Made by a program: the position numbers and the translations under genes. DNA of 64,000 nucleotides. Origin: an uncultured delta proteobacterium (lineage in GTDB: Bacteria; Myxococcota; Myxococcia; SLRQ01). Below, one piece after another: positions 8,962 through 19,507 of the stretch (the first letter of the stretch is position 1; the number at the start of each line of letters is the position of its first letter). The stretch is from positions 930,617 to 994,616 of the forward strand of contig CAVSGM010000011.1 of the NCBI GenBank assembly GCA_963727485.1. The letters run 5' to 3'. Under the pieces are notes generated by a model. It was not told the origin of the DNA. It did not search any database and was given only the letters and a program-made list of their open reading frames with translations.

Positions 8962-9342
8962 ATGACCGGCCCCCGGATCCAGACCTTCGCAGCCTTCTGG
9001 CCCTACTACCTGGGCGAGCACCGCCACCCGGTGAACCGGGCCCTCCACTACGTGGGCACGACCCTCACCCTCGTCGCCGCCGGCCTCGCCGTGGCCACCC
9101 GCCAGCCCCTCTGGCTCCTGGGGATGCCCGTGGGGGGCTACTTCTTCGCCTGGATCGGCCACTTCGGCGTGGAGCACAACCGGCCGGCGACCTTCACCTA
9201 CCCCCTGTGGTCCCTCGCCGGCGACTACCGGATGTACCTCACCTTCCTCAGCGGCCGCCTCGGGCGCCACCTGGCGGCGCTGCCCCCGGCTGGACCCCAA
9301 GGCGCTGGAAACAATGGCGAAAGCCCCGGCGTCGTCCCCTAG
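8962..9342 (+). CDS. DUF962 / Mpo1-like membrane protein
   Basis: RBS GGAGGG then ATG 8962; motifs FWPYYLGEH...NRALHYVGT and GYFFAWIGHFGVEHNRPATFTYPLWSL. Confidence 0.85.
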   Translation: MTGPRIQTFAAFWPYYLGEHRHPVNRALHYVGTTLTLVAAGLAVATRQPLWLLGMPVGGYFFAWIGHFGVEHNRPATFTYPLWSLAGDYRMYLTFLSGRLGRHLAALPPAGPQGAGNNGESPGVVP

Positions 9343-9386
9343 CTGCGGTCCTGACGCCGGCGCCGCCGTGTGGTATGGAGGGCTCC

Positions 9387-10142
9387 ATGTCCGGTCACAA
9401 TCGTTGGACGAAGATCAAGCGCCAGAAGGAGGCCCTCGGGGCCACCAAGGGCACGCTGTTCACCAAGCTGATCAAGGAGATCACCATCGCCGCCCGGGAG
9501 GGCGGGGGCGATCCCGACGGCAACGCCCGGCTGCGCGCCGCGATCACCGCGGCCAAGGAGGGCAACCTCCCCAAGGACAACATCGAGCGGGCCATCAAGA
9601 AGGGCACCGGCGAGCTCGAGGGGCAGAACTACGAGGAGGTCGCCTACGAGGGCTACGGCCCCGCCGGGGTGGCGCTGCTGGTGGAGTGCGTGACCGACAA
9701 CCGCAACCGCACCGGCGGTGAGATCCGCCACCTCCTGTCCAAGGGGGGCGGCAACCTGGGCGAGACCGGCTCGGTGGCCTGGATGTTCGATCGCAAGGCG
9801 GTCATGGAGCTCTCCAAGGACGATCTCACCGAGGAGCAGGCCATGGAGGCCGCCCTCGAGGTCGGCGCCGAGGACGTCCTCGACGCCGGCGACGTCTGGG
9901 AGGTCCGCGCCGAGGCCAGCGAGTTCAAGAACGTGCTCACCGGGCTCGAGGGCCGGGGGCTCGCCCCCCACGAGGCGAAGCTCGCCTACATCCCCAAGAA
10001 CACGGTGAAGGTCGAGCACGACGACGTCGCCAAGGTCCTGCGCCTGGTCGAGGCCCTCGAGGACAACGACGACGTGGGCAACGTCTGGGGCAACTTCGAG
10101 ATCGACGACGACGACCTCGAGGACGAGGCCGCCGCGAGCTGA
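9387..10142 (+). CDS. yebC: YebC/PmpR family protein
   Basis: MSGHNRWTKIKRQK, GGGDPDGNARLR, YEGYGPAG, TDNRNRT; lies upstream of ruvC. Confidence 0.95.
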   Translation: MSGHNRWTKIKRQKEALGATKGTLFTKLIKEITIAAREGGGDPDGNARLRAAITAAKEGNLPKDNIERAIKKGTGELEGQNYEEVAYEGYGPAGVALLVECVTDNRNRTGGEIRHLLSKGGGNLGETGSVAWMFDRKAVMELSKDDLTEEQAMEAALEVGAEDVLDAGDVWEVRAEASEFKNVLTGLEGRGLAPHEAKLAYIPKNTVKVEHDDVAKVLRLVEALEDNDDVGNVWGNFEIDDDDLEDEAAAS

Positions 10143-10185
10143 CGGCGGCGCCGGCCCCCCGCGTTTCTGGTAGCCTGCCCGCGCC

Positions 10186-10701
10186 ATGCGCGTCGTTGGG
10201 ATCGATCCCGGCACCCGGGTCTGCGGCTGGGGCGTCGTCGAGGTCAGGGGCAACCGCCTCGTCCACCTCGATCACGGGGTGGTGCGCCTCGCCGGGGCGC
10301 TCCCCGCGCGCCTCGCCGTCCTCTTCGACGCGCTCACCGGGGTCCTCGCCGAGCACCGGCCCACGGTGATGGCCGTCGAGGGCGTGTTCACCCACAAGAA
10401 CGCCCGGAGCGCCCTGGTCCTCGGTCACGCCCGGGGGGTGGCGCTCCTGGCCGCGGCCCGCGCCGGCCTCGAGGTCCACGAGTACGCGCCGGCGGTGGTC
10501 AAGAAGTCGGTGGTGGGCACCGGGCGCGCCGAGAAGGCGCAGATCCAGCGGATGATCGCCGCCCTCCTCAACATCCCCGCCCCCAAGGTCGCCGACGCCG
10601 CCGACGCCCTCGGGGTCGCCGTGTGCCACGTCCACCACCAGGGGGGCGCCGGGGCCGCGAGCTCGGTGGTCCGCCACCGCCCCACCGGGACCGGCCGATG
10701 A
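10186..10701 (+). CDS. ruvC: Crossover junction endodeoxyribonuclease RuvC
   Basis: VVGIDPG, AVEGVF, LGHARG, EYAP...KKSVVGTGRAEK, DAADAL. Confidence 0.96.
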   Translation: MRVVGIDPGTRVCGWGVVEVRGNRLVHLDHGVVRLAGALPARLAVLFDALTGVLAEHRPTVMAVEGVFTHKNARSALVLGHARGVALLAAARAGLEVHEYAPAVVKKSVVGTGRAEKAQIQRMIAALLNIPAPKVADAADALGVAVCHVHHQGGAGAASSVVRHRPTGTGR

Positions 10702-11285
10702 TCGCGCGGCTCCACGGCAAGGTCACCGACAAGGGCGTGGACCACGCCATCGTCGACGTGGGCGGGGTGGGCTACCGGGTCCACGCCTCGGTGGGCACCC
10801 TGGCGTCGCTGCCGCTGGGCGACACCGCGACCCTGCGCATCCACACCCACGTCCGCGAGGACGCCCTCGACCTCTACGGCTTCGCCGACGAGATCGAGGA
10901 GCTGGTCTTCCACGAGCTCATCGCCACCCCCAACATCGGGTGCAAGAAGGCCATCACCATCCTCTCCGGGCTCCCGGCCGAGGAGATCGTCGACGCCATC
11001 CGCGCCGGCGACGCCCCGCGCCTGGCGAAGGCCCACGGGGTGGGCAAGAAGACCGCCGAGCGCCTGGTGGTCGAGCTCAAGGACCGCCTCGACCGCTTCG
11101 CCCCCGGGGCCGCCGGGAAGGCCCCCGGGGGGACGCTCACAGACGACCTGGTCAGCGGCCTGACCAACCTCGGCTACAAGGGCGAGGCGGCGGCGGCGGC
11201 GGCGGAGCAGGTCCTCGCCGAGATCGGCGGCAACGACCTCTCGACCCTGCTCCGCGAGGCCCTCGGACGCCTGCGCAAGCGCTGA
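10698..11285 (+). CDS. ruvA: Holliday junction branch migration protein RuvA
   Basis: [48 protein letters not shown] overlap with ruvC. Confidence 0.96.
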   Translation: MIARLHGKVTDKGVDHAIVDVGGVGYRVHASVGTLASLPLGDTATLRIHTHVREDALDLYGFADEIEELVFHELIATPNIGCKKAITILSGLPAEEIVDAIRAGDAPRLAKAHGVGKKTAERLVVELKDRLDRFAPGAAGKAPGGTLTDDLVSGLTNLGYKGEAAAAAAEQVLAEIGGNDLSTLLREALGRLRKR

Positions 11286-11301
11286 CGGTGGGCATCTGCT
11301 A

Positions 11302-12342
11302 GTGTCGCCGCCGATGGACGAGCTGCGCGCCATCGATCCCGCCGGTGGCGAGGACGACCGGGTCCTCGACCTCTCCCTGCGCCCCCGGCGCTTCGGCGAG
11401 TTCGTGGGGCAGGGCGAGGTCGTCGGCAAGCTGCGCGTCTACGTCGAGGCGGCGCGGCGCCGGGGTGGGGCCCTCGACCACACGCTGCTCTGCGGCCCCC
11501 CGGGCCTCGGCAAGACCAGCCTCGCCCACATCCTCGCCGCCGAGCTCCAGGTGGACATCCACGTCACCAGCGGCCCCGCCATCGAGCGCAAGGGCGACCT
11601 CGCCGGCATCCTCACCTCGCTCCAGCGCGGGGACATCCTCTTCATCGACGAGATCCACCGGATCCCGCGGGTGGTCGAGGAGAGCCTCTACACCGCCATG
11701 GAGGACTACGAGTTCGACGTGGTCATCGGTGAGGGGCCCGCGGCCCGGAGCGTGAAGCTGGGCCTCGAGCCCTTCACCCTCATCGGGGCCACCACCCGCA
11801 CCGGCCTGCTCACCGGGCCCATGCGCGACCGCTTCGGCATCGTCGAGCGCCTGAACTTCTACGACCCCGTCGACCTCGGGGCCATCGTCGCCAGGAGCGC
11901 CGGGATCCTCGGGGTCTCGGTGGAGGCCGCGGGCGTCGCCGAGATCGCGCGCCGGGCCCGGGGCACCCCGCGGGTGGCCAACCGGCTCCTGCGCCGGGTC
12001 CGCGACTTCGCCGAGGTCGAGGCCGACGGGATCATCACCGGGGACGGCGCCCAGGGCTTCCTCGGCCGCCTCGAGGTCGACGCCCTGGGCCTCGACGCCA
12101 TGGACCGGCGCATCCTCGAGACCATCATCGACAAGTTCGACGGCGGGCCCGTGGGCCTGGGGACCATCGCCGCCGCGGTGGGCGAGGCGTCGGATACCCT
12201 GGAGGAGGTGTACGAGCCGTTCCTGTTGCAGGAGGGGCTGATCCAGCGGACGCCGCGGGGGCGGGTGGCGACGGCGACGGCGTATCGGCACCTGGGGCGG
12301 ACGCCGACAGCCGGACGCGGGCCCCAGGGCGGGCTGTTCTAG
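11302..12342 (+). CDS. ruvB: Holliday junction branch migration helicase RuvB
   Basis: [58 protein letters not shown]...RTPRGR. Alternative start at ATG 11314. Confidence 0.97.
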   Translation: MSPPMDELRAIDPAGGEDDRVLDLSLRPRRFGEFVGQGEVVGKLRVYVEAARRRGGALDHTLLCGPPGLGKTSLAHILAAELQVDIHVTSGPAIERKGDLAGILTSLQRGDILFIDEIHRIPRVVEESLYTAMEDYEFDVVIGEGPAARSVKLGLEPFTLIGATTRTGLLTGPMRDRFGIVERLNFYDPVDLGAIVARSAGILGVSVEAAGVAEIARRARGTPRVANRLLRRVRDFAEVEADGIITGDGAQGFLGRLEVDALGLDAMDRRILETIIDKFDGGPVGLGTIAAAVGEASDTLEEVYEPFLLQEGLIQRTPRGRVATATAYRHLGRTPTAGRGPQGGLF

Positions 12343-12380
12343 AGGGGCGCCGCGGGCGAGTAGGGCGACGGGCGCACGCG

Positions 12381-12408
12381 GAACGGCGGACGGCGAACGG
12401 CGGACGGC
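12381..12408. repeat. 14-bp tandem duplication (GAACGGCGGACGGC x2)
   Basis: Read directly in the ruvB / radical SAM intergenic region. Confidence 0.8.
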
Positions 12409-12531
12409 GCAGTCGACCTCGCGGCGGGTGCTCATCGAAGGCGTTCAGGCGCCAATTGGCACGGCCCCTGAGTCTGTGTTGCTCAGGTGCCGGATCAAAC
12501 GCTCATGCTGAGAGCGACCCAGGCGCCCCCG

Positions 12532-13431
12532 CTACCCAACGGCCACGAACTCCGCCTCCCCGTGTATCGCCACGTAGTCCCGCCGCATCCCCCCACACCG
12601 CGCCCGGAACCGGCACCCGGCGCACCCGGGGTGGTAGTACCCGCCCTCGATCGGCGACGCCTCGAGCTTGAACGCATACCCCCCAGGATTCGCCACCAGC
12701 AGATCCAGCGCCGCCGCGTGGAAGAGCACCCGGTGCATCGCCTCCGGCACCACGCACGGCGGCGTGTGCAGCGAGGTGATGAAGTCCGGCCGCTCCGAGA
12801 GCCCGAGGTCCAGCGCCGCCTGGATCCGCGGAACCAGCTCGCTCATCCGGGGCACCTGGCCCTCGAGCCCCGCGCCGGCCTCGCCGGTGGCCGAGAAGAG
12901 CCAGAGGTTGAACCGGGCCACCCCGAGGCCGTGGTAGACGCGGACCATCTCCGGGAGCTGGTCGAGGTTGTCCCGGTAGAGGAGGAGGTCGCCCTCGAGG
13001 GCGAGGCCCAGGTCCCGACAGCGACCGAGGCCCTCGACCAGGAGCGCGTGGGCCCCGGGCGTCCGGGAGAGGGCGTCGTGGCGCTCGGCGGTGGCGCCCT
13101 TGATGGAGAGGTTCACCTCGGTGACCCCGGCCTCGGCGCACCGCGCGGCGAAGTCGGCGTAGGCGAGCATCATCCCGTTGGTCTGGAGCTTCACCCGCTC
13201 GTAGCCCAGGCGCCGGGCGCGCCGGACCAGGCCCATCAGGTCCCGGCGCAAGGTGGGCTCGCCGCCGCCGAGCCAGAGGAAGCGCGCCCCGGCCTCGCGC
13301 CCCCGGACCAGGGTCGCCACCGCCTCCTGGGTGTCCATCCCGGCGCCGCCCTCGGCCCCGGAGACCGAGAAGCAGCCCAGGCAGCGGTTGTTGCACCGGT
13401 AGTCGGCGCTGATCTCCAGCCAGGTGGCCAT
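12532..13431 (-). CDS. Radical SAM protein with C-terminal Cys cluster
   Basis: CxxxCxxC (RCNNRCLGC), GGGEPTLR, LQTNG and C-terminal PPC...CAGCRFRARCGG. Start ATG 13431 (alternative 13479). Confidence 0.85.
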   Translation of the reverse strand: MATWLEISADYRCNNRCLGCFSVSGAEGGAGMDTQEAVATLVRGREAGARFLWLGGGEPTLRRDLMGLVRRARRLGYERVKLQTNGMMLAYADFAARCAEAGVTEVNLSIKGATAERHDALSRTPGAHALLVEGLGRCRDLGLALEGDLLLYRDNLDQLPEMVRVYHGLGVARFNLWLFSATGEAGAGLEGQVPRMSELVPRIQAALDLGLSERPDFITSLHTPPCVVPEAMHRVLFHAAALDLLVANPGGYAFKLEASPIEGGYYHPGCAGCRFRARCGGMRRDYVAIHGEAEFVAVG

Positions 13432-13539
13432 CCGGGCCCATTCTCGCCCGGGGACCGACGGCCGCGAAACCCCCTGCATCCTGCTTGATTACCCGGACCC
13501 GGGTGCTATAAACGCGGCGCGTCAAGCCTTGTGCACCCC

Positions 13540-13557
13540 CGTGACAGCCCTGTCACG
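13540..13557. promoter_or_regulatory. Perfect palindrome CGTGACAG-CC-CTGTCACG, possible transcription-factor or enhancer site
   Basis: 8-bp inverted repeat about 130 bp upstream of a sigma54-like promoter in a divergent intergenic region. Confidence 0.4.
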
Positions 13558-13686
13558 GTTCGGCGCCTCCCCCGGGGAACGCGCCGGGCGAGGGGCGGGT
13601 GAGGCCCGCGACGACAGCACGCCATACCGCCGGAACTCCTGGCGAATCCCAGATAAGACGCGCGCACGCCCGGTTGCCCTTGAAGC

Positions 13687-13702
13687 TGGCATCGGGATTG
13701 CT
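13687..13702 (+). promoter_or_regulatory. Putative sigma54 promoter upstream of lpxC
   Basis: TGGCATCGGGATTGCT has GG and GC at the correct -24/-12 spacing, with two mismatches to TGGCACG-N4-TTGCW. Confidence 0.5.
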
Positions 13703-13825
13703 CGCACTTGCGCGATCCCCGACGAATCCACGAGCCCGCTCACGCTCAGCCGCCCGGCGCCTGCGCGCCCCGGCGACCCGCTCCAGCTCCCTCGCTCACG
13801 GCATCTCGCAGGAGACCACAGGCCC

Positions 13826-14764
13826 ATGCTTCGCATCTACCAGCGCACCCTCTGCCGCACCGTCGGCACCTCGGGGATCGGGCTTCACTCCGGGCGCAAG
13901 ATCAACGTGACCATCTCCCCGGCGGCCCCGGACACCGGCGTGGTCTTCGTCCGCACCGACCGGACGCCCATGGTCGAGATCCCGGCCACCCCCCACCACG
14001 TGGTGGACACCCAGCTCGCCACCACCCTGGGCACCACCCGGGGCGGCGAGTCGGTGCGGGTGGGCACGGTGGAGCACCTGCTCTCCGCCCTCTACGGCCT
14101 GGGCATCGACAACGCCCGGGTCGAGCTCGACGGGTCCGAGGTTCCGGTGATGGACGGCAGCGCCGGGCCCTTCGTCTACATGCTCCGCAGCGCCGGCATC
14201 CAGGTGCAGAAGCGCTTCAAGCGGTTCATGGTGGTGCGCCGTCCGGTGGAGGTTCGTGACGGCGAGAAGCGGGCGAGCCTGACCCCCGCCCGGAGCTTCG
14301 GGGTCACCGCCACCATCGACTTCGACCACCCCCTGATCCGCAGCCAGAGCTACCGCTTCGAGTTCTCCGACAAGGCGTACCACAAGGAGATCAGCCGGGC
14401 GCGGACCTTCGGGTTCCTCCGGGACGTGGAGCAGATGAAGGCCGTGGGCCTCGGGCTCGGGGGCAGCCTCGACAACGCCATCGTCATCGACGACTTCAGC
14501 ATCCTCAACCCCGACGGCCTGCGCTTCCCCGACGAGTTCGTGCGCCACAAGATCCTCGACACCCTCGGGGACCTGGCGCTCCTGGGGATGCCGGTCATCG
14601 GGCACCTCACCGCGGTGAAGAGCGGCCACGCCCTCGACCACGCGCTCACCACCTCGCTGCTCGCCGATCCCGAGAACTTCGAGATCATCGAGGTGCGCGA
14701 GCCCGCGGATCTCGGCCGCTTCGACGTGGCCATCCCCGCCTTCGGCGTCGCCGAGGCGGTCTAG
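13826..14764 (+). CDS. lpxC: UDP-3-O-acyl-N-acetylglucosamine deacetylase
   Basis: QRTL...GIGLHSG, TVEHLLSAL, EVPVMDGSA, ARTFGF, GGSLDNA, RHKILD, KSGH; GGAG RBS. Confidence 0.96.
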   Translation: MLRIYQRTLCRTVGTSGIGLHSGRKINVTISPAAPDTGVVFVRTDRTPMVEIPATPHHVVDTQLATTLGTTRGGESVRVGTVEHLLSALYGLGIDNARVELDGSEVPVMDGSAGPFVYMLRSAGIQVQKRFKRFMVVRRPVEVRDGEKRASLTPARSFGVTATIDFDHPLIRSQSYRFEFSDKAYHKEISRARTFGFLRDVEQMKAVGLGLGGSLDNAIVIDDFSILNPDGLRFPDEFVRHKILDTLGDLALLGMPVIGHLTAVKSGHALDHALTTSLLADPENFEIIEVREPADLGRFDVAIPAFGVAEAV

Positions 14765-14916
14765 GCGACCTCGGCCGGGGCAGGCGCGCCCGGGCGAGAG
14801 GCGGCGGCGAGGCTCCACGCCCAACGACGCCCGTTCACGTAGCCTCGCCGCCGGATACCTGTTCTACCGGCGGCGTCGCCAGGGCGCAAGCGGGCTCACG
14901 CCGCCACCGTCGGCGG

Positions 14917-16491
14917 CTACTTCGCCTTGCCGCGCTGGGCCTGGGCGGCGATGCGATCGTCGAGGTCGGCGGTCCACCGGAGCACCGGCGACCGGGCGGC
15001 CCGGGTCTCGTCGAGGCGCCGGCGCACGGTGCGGGTGGGGGCCTCGTGGAGCACCTCCGGCGTCTCGCGCGCCTCCCGGGCGACCTGGGCCATGGCGGCG
15101 ACGAAGGCGTCGAGGCCCTCGCGGGGCTCGGTCTCGGTGGGCTCGATCATCAGCGCCCCGGGGACCACCAGGGGGAAGTAGACCGTCGGCGGGTGGACGC
15201 CCAGGTCGATGAGGCGCTTGGCCACGTCCATGGTGGTGCAGCCGGTGTCCTTGAGGCCCTTGTCGCTGAACACCGCCTCGTGGAGGATCTCGGCGGGGAA
15301 GCCCAGCTGCCAGGCGCCGTTCTCCGGCTGCTGGAGGGCGTGGCGCAGGTAGTTGGCGTTGAGGACCGCCAGCTCCGCGGCGCGGCGCAGCCCGGCGGCG
15401 CCCATCTCCCGGATGAAGGTGTAGGCGCGGACCAGGACCCCGAAGTTGCCGTAGAAGGCCTTCACCCGGCCGATGCTCTCGGGGCGGTCGTGGTCGAGGC
15501 GGAAGCCCTCGCCGTCCCGGACCACCACCGGCCCGGGGAGGAACGGGAGCAGCGCCTCGGCGACCCCCACCGGCCCGGCCCCGGGCCCGCCGCCCCCGTG
15601 GGGGGTGGTGAAGGTCTTGTGGAGGTTGAAGTGCATCACGTCCACGCCCATGTCCCCGGGCCGCGCCTTCCCGAGCAGCGCGTTCATGTTGGCCCCGTCC
15701 ATGTAGACGAGGCCGCCCTTGGCGTGGACCGCGTCTGCGATCTCGGCGATGTGGGGCTCGAAGATCCCGAGGGTGTTGGGGTTGGTGATCATCAGCCCCG
15801 CCACGTCCTCGTCCATGGCGTCGCGGACGGTCTGGGCGTCGACGTAGCCCTCGGGGCCCGCGTGGATCTGGACCACCTGGTAGCCGGCCAGGGCGCTGGT
15901 GGCGGGGTTGGTGCCGTGGGCCGAGGCGGGGACCAGGACCTTGGCCCGGGGCGTCCCGTGGCGCGCCTCGTGGTAGGCGCGGATCATCAGGACCCCGGTG
16001 AGCTCGCCCTGGGCCCCGGCGGCGGGCTGGAGGGTGGCCCCGGCGAAGCCGCCGATCTCGGCGAGCGCCCGCTCGAGGTGCCACATCAGCCCCAGCGGCC
16101 CCTGGAGCCGCGCCTCGGGGAGATAGGGGTGGGCGCCGGCGAGACCCGGCAGCCTCGCCGTCGCCTCGTTCACCCTCGGGTTGTACTTCATGGTGCACGA
16201 GCCGAGGGGGAAGAGGCCGGTGTCGATGCCGTAGTTCCACTGGGAGAGCCGGGTGAAGTGGCGGACCACCTCGGGCTCGGAGAGGGCGGGGAGGCCCTCG
16301 TCGCCGCTGGCGTCCCCGCGCAGGTAGCGCTCGGGGATCTCGCTTCGGGGCTCGGCCTCGGGGACGCCGGGGTCGGGGAGCGAGGCGCCGCTTCGGCCCG
16401 GGGCGCCGCGCTCGAAGAGCAGCGGCTCCTCGAGGACCAGGCCGGTGGTGCCCGCGGGGAGCTCGGGGCGGGGACGCTTCACCTCGCTCAT
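14917..16491 (-). CDS. gcvPB: Glycine dehydrogenase subunit 2
   Basis: [55 protein letters not shown] overlap with gcvPA. Confidence 0.96.
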   Translation of the reverse strand: MSEVKRPRPELPAGTTGLVLEEPLLFERGAPGRSGASLPDPGVPEAEPRSEIPERYLRGDASGDEGLPALSEPEVVRHFTRLSQWNYGIDTGLFPLGSCTMKYNPRVNEATARLPGLAGAHPYLPEARLQGPLGLMWHLERALAEIGGFAGATLQPAAGAQGELTGVLMIRAYHEARHGTPRAKVLVPASAHGTNPATSALAGYQVVQIHAGPEGYVDAQTVRDAMDEDVAGLMITNPNTLGIFEPHIAEIADAVHAKGGLVYMDGANMNALLGKARPGDMGVDVMHFNLHKTFTTPHGGGGPGAGPVGVAEALLPFLPGPVVVRDGEGFRLDHDRPESIGRVKAFYGNFGVLVRAYTFIREMGAAGLRRAAELAVLNANYLRHALQQPENGAWQLGFPAEILHEAVFSDKGLKDTGCTTMDVAKRLIDLGVHPPTVYFPLVVPGALMIEPTETEPREGLDAFVAAMAQVAREARETPEVLHEAPTRTVRRRLDETRAARSPVLRWTADLDDRIAAQAQRGKAK

Positions 16492-17828
16492 GACGCGCCT
16501 CCGAGGGCCGCGGCCAGGGCGTCGATCTCCTCGGGGTCGTGGACCTCGGTGAAGGTCACCAGGAGGCCTCGGGCCAGCGCGGGATCGTCGTAGAAGCGCC
16601 GGACGGCGAGGCCCCCCTCGAGGCCCGCGTCGGCGACGCGCGCGAGGGCGGCGTCGGGATCCCCGGCGTCGACCACGACCTCGTTGAACACCGGCCCGGT
16701 GAACACCGGCTTCACCCCGGCGGCGGCGAGCCGGTCCCGGGCGTACCGGGCGCGCAGCCAGTTGAGGCGCCCGAGCTCGCGGACCCCGTGGCGCCCGAGG
16801 AGCGCCAGGTGGATGGTCGCCGCGGTGGCGCAGAGGCCCTGGTTGGTGCAGATGTTGGACGTCGCCTTCTCCCGCCGGATGTGCTGCTCCCGGGTGGAGA
16901 GGGTGAGGACGAAGCCCCGGCGGCCGTCGACGTCGACGGTGGCGCCGCACAGCCGCCCGGGGAGCTGCCGGAGGAACCGCTCCCGGGCGGCGAAGAAGCC
17001 CACCGAGGGGCCGCCCAGGCTCATGGCGTTGCCGAAGCTCCCGAGCTCGCCCACGGCGAGGTCGGCGCCGAGGGTGCCCGGGGCCGCCAGCAGCCCCAGG
17101 GCCACCGCCTCGGCGGTGGTGGTCACGGTGAGCGCCCCGGCGGCCGAGGCGAGCCGGGCCACCTCGTCCACCGGCTCCACCACGCCGAAGAAGTTGGGGT
17201 AGCCGACGATGACGCAGGCGACGTCGTCGCCGAGCGCCCCCTCGAGGGCCGCGAGATCGGTCTGCCCCGTCGCCGCGTCGAAGGGCACCTCCTCGAGGGT
17301 GGCCTCCCCGTGGCGCAGGTAGGTGGCGACCACCTGCCGGTACTCGGGGTGCACCGCCCGGCTCACCAGGACCCGCGTCGCCTTGCGCTTGAGCCGCAGG
17401 GCCATGAGGGCGGCCTCGGCGGTGGCGTGGGCGCCGTCGTACATCGAGGCGTTGGCCACCTCGAGGCCGGTGAGGGCGCAGACCATGGTCTGGAACTCGA
17501 AGATGGTCTGGAGGGTCCCCTGGCTGATCTCCGGCTGGTAGGGCGTGTAGGCGGTGAGGATCTCGCCGCGCAGGAGCAGCTGCGAGACCGTGGCCGGGAC
17601 GTGGTGGGGGTAGCAGCCGGCGCCGAGGAACGGCCGGCCGCCGGTCTGGGCCTGCAGCGACGCCAGGTGCTCGACGAGGTGGCGCTCGTCGAGGGCCGGG
17701 GGCAGGTCGAGGTCTTCCTGGCGGCGGAGCGGGGCGGGGATGGCCTCGAAGAGATCGTCCACCGAGCGCTTGCCCAGGACCTCGAGCATCGCCTGGACCT
17801 CGTCCGGGCCGTGGGGAAGGTAGCGCAT
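16488..17828 (-). CDS. gcvPA: Glycine dehydrogenase subunit 1
   Basis: [49 protein letters not shown]. Confidence 0.96.
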   Translation of the reverse strand: MRYLPHGPDEVQAMLEVLGKRSVDDLFEAIPAPLRRQEDLDLPPALDERHLVEHLASLQAQTGGRPFLGAGCYPHHVPATVSQLLLRGEILTAYTPYQPEISQGTLQTIFEFQTMVCALTGLEVANASMYDGAHATAEAALMALRLKRKATRVLVSRAVHPEYRQVVATYLRHGEATLEEVPFDAATGQTDLAALEGALGDDVACVIVGYPNFFGVVEPVDEVARLASAAGALTVTTTAEAVALGLLAAPGTLGADLAVGELGSFGNAMSLGGPSVGFFAARERFLRQLPGRLCGATVDVDGRRGFVLTLSTREQHIRREKATSNICTNQGLCATAATIHLALLGRHGVRELGRLNWLRARYARDRLAAAGVKPVFTGPVFNEVVVDAGDPDAALARVADAGLEGGLAVRRFYDDPALARGLLVTFTEVHDPEEIDALAAALGGAS

Positions 17829-17838
17829 GCCGCTTCGG

Positions 17839-18231
17839 CTAGCCTTCCTCCGCCTCGACGTGGGCGGCGTAGGCCTCGGAGTCCATGAGGCCGTCCCAGT
17901 CCGTGTCGTCGTGGGGGGTGATGCGGATCATCCAGCCCTCGCCGTAGGGGTCGTCGTTCACGACCTCCGGGGTGTCCGAGAGGCTGTCGTTGATGTCCGC
18001 GACCTTCCCCGACAGGGGCGCGAAGAGCTCGCTGACGGCCTTGGTGGACTCGACGCTCCCGAAGGGCTCGCCGGCGGTCACCTCCTCGCCGGGCTCCGGC
18101 AGCTCCACGTAGACCACGTCGCCGAGCTGGGCCTGGGCGTGATCGGTGATGCCCACGGTGATGACGTCATCGTCGTGGCGGGCCCACTCGTGGTCCGTGG
18201 TGTAGCGGAGGTCTTCGGGGATCGAGGCCAT
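17839..18231 (-). CDS. gcvH: Glycine cleavage system H protein
   Basis: [21 protein letters not shown], lipoyl site [15 protein letters not shown]. Confidence 0.97.
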   Translation of the reverse strand: MASIPEDLRYTTDHEWARHDDDVITVGITDHAQAQLGDVVYVELPEPGEEVTAGEPFGSVESTKAVSELFAPLSGKVADINDSLSDTPEVVNDDPYGEGWMIRITPHDDTDWDGLMDSEAYAAHVEAEEG

Positions 18232-18297
18232 CCTGCGGCTCCCTTCATGCGGGTTGGGGGGCCTTCCTATGCCACCGTCCGGCGGAGCGTCAATGCC

Positions 18298-19377
18298 TCA
18301 CCGGGAGACGAAGGGCGTCTTCACCACCTCGGCGGCGGCGGGGCGTCCCCGGAGGTCGATTCGGAGGCGGGTGCCGGGGGCGGCCAGGGCGGTGGGGACG
18401 TAGGCGAGGCCGATGGGCTCCCGGAGGGTGGGGCTCATGGTGCCGCTGGTGACCTCCCCCACCGCCTGGCCCGCCTCGTCGAGGACCTTCATGTGGGGGC
18501 GGGGGATGCCCTTGTCCACCAGCTTGAAGCCCACGAGCTTGCGGGTGGGGCCGGCGGCCTGCTTCTCCACCAGGGCGTCGCGGCCGACGAACTCGCCCTT
18601 GTCGAGCTTGACCACCCAGCCGAGGCCCGCCTCGTAGGGGTCGTGGTCGGCGTCGATGTCGTTGCCGTAGAGGGCGAGCTTGTACTCGAGGCGCAGGGTG
18701 TCCCGGGCCCCGAGCCCGCAGGGGACCGCCCCGGCGCCGACCACCGCGTCCCACAGCGCCACCGCGCGGTCCGCCGGGCAGAAGAGCTCGAAGCCGTCCT
18801 CGCCGGTGTAGCCGGTGCGGGCGACGATGCAGGGCACGGAGGCGACCTCGCCCTCGACGAAGCGGAACTTCTTCACCGACGCGAGGTCGAGCCCGGTGAG
18901 CCCCTGGACCAGCGCCGGGGCCTTCGGGCCCTGGACGGCGATCTGGGCCCAGGCGTCGGAGGCGTTGCGGAGGGTGGCCTGGCCCTTGAGGTGGGCCCGC
19001 ATGTGGGCGAAGTCCTTGTCGCGGTTGGCGGCGTTCACGCAGACGAGGATGCGCTCCTTGGAGAACCGGTAGACGACCACGTCGTCGACGAAGCCCCCAT
19101 CCTCGGCGAGGAGCCCGGCGTAGACCGCCCGCCCGTCCTCCAGATCCGCGACCCGGTTGGTGACCAGGTGGTCGGCGGCGGCGGCGGCGCCCGGGCCCTC
19201 GATGAAGACCTCGCCCATGTGGGAGACGTCGAAGACCCCGGCGGCCTCGCGGACGGCCCGGTGCTCGGCGAGGACGCCCTGGTACTGCACCGGCATCTCG
19301 AAGCCGGCGAAGGGGACCATCCGGGCCCCAAGGGCCAGGTGGCGATCGTGGAGGGGGGTGCGCTTCGGGTCGCTCAT
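18298..19377 (-). CDS. gcvT: Glycine cleavage aminomethyltransferase T
   Basis: ATG 19377 (MSDPKRTPLH) with GGAGG RBS; FDVSHMG, ARTGYTGEDGFE, GLGARDTLRLE. Confidence 0.96.
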   Translation of the reverse strand: MSDPKRTPLHDRHLALGARMVPFAGFEMPVQYQGVLAEHRAVREAAGVFDVSHMGEVFIEGPGAAAAADHLVTNRVADLEDGRAVYAGLLAEDGGFVDDVVVYRFSKERILVCVNAANRDKDFAHMRAHLKGQATLRNASDAWAQIAVQGPKAPALVQGLTGLDLASVKKFRFVEGEVASVPCIVARTGYTGEDGFELFCPADRAVALWDAVVGAGAVPCGLGARDTLRLEYKLALYGNDIDADHDPYEAGLGWVVKLDKGEFVGRDALVEKQAAGPTRKLVGFKLVDKGIPRPHMKVLDEAGQAVGEVTSGTMSPTLREPIGLAYVPTALAAPGTRLRIDLRGRPAAAEVVKTPFVSR

Positions 19378-19507
19378 GTCGCCTCCGGGGCCTCGAGGGG
19401 GCGGCAATATAGCCGGGCGCCGCCGGGTCCGCCACCTCGGCGGGGGGAGCGCCGGCGGGGCGTCAGGGCGCTTGCCCCCCAGGGGTCCGGCGGGGTACCG
19501 ATGAGCC

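Noticed and set aside
12457..12472. TGGCACGGCCCCTGAG as a sigma54 promoter (also a TGGCACGG near 26790 on the minus strand)
   Set aside because: The -12 TTGC element is missing in both.
19378..19507. Glycine riboswitch upstream of gcvT
   Set aside because: The leader is only about 130 bp, shared with a divergent gene, and lacks recognisable GGAGA...CCGAAG...CTCTCAGG aptamer motifs.
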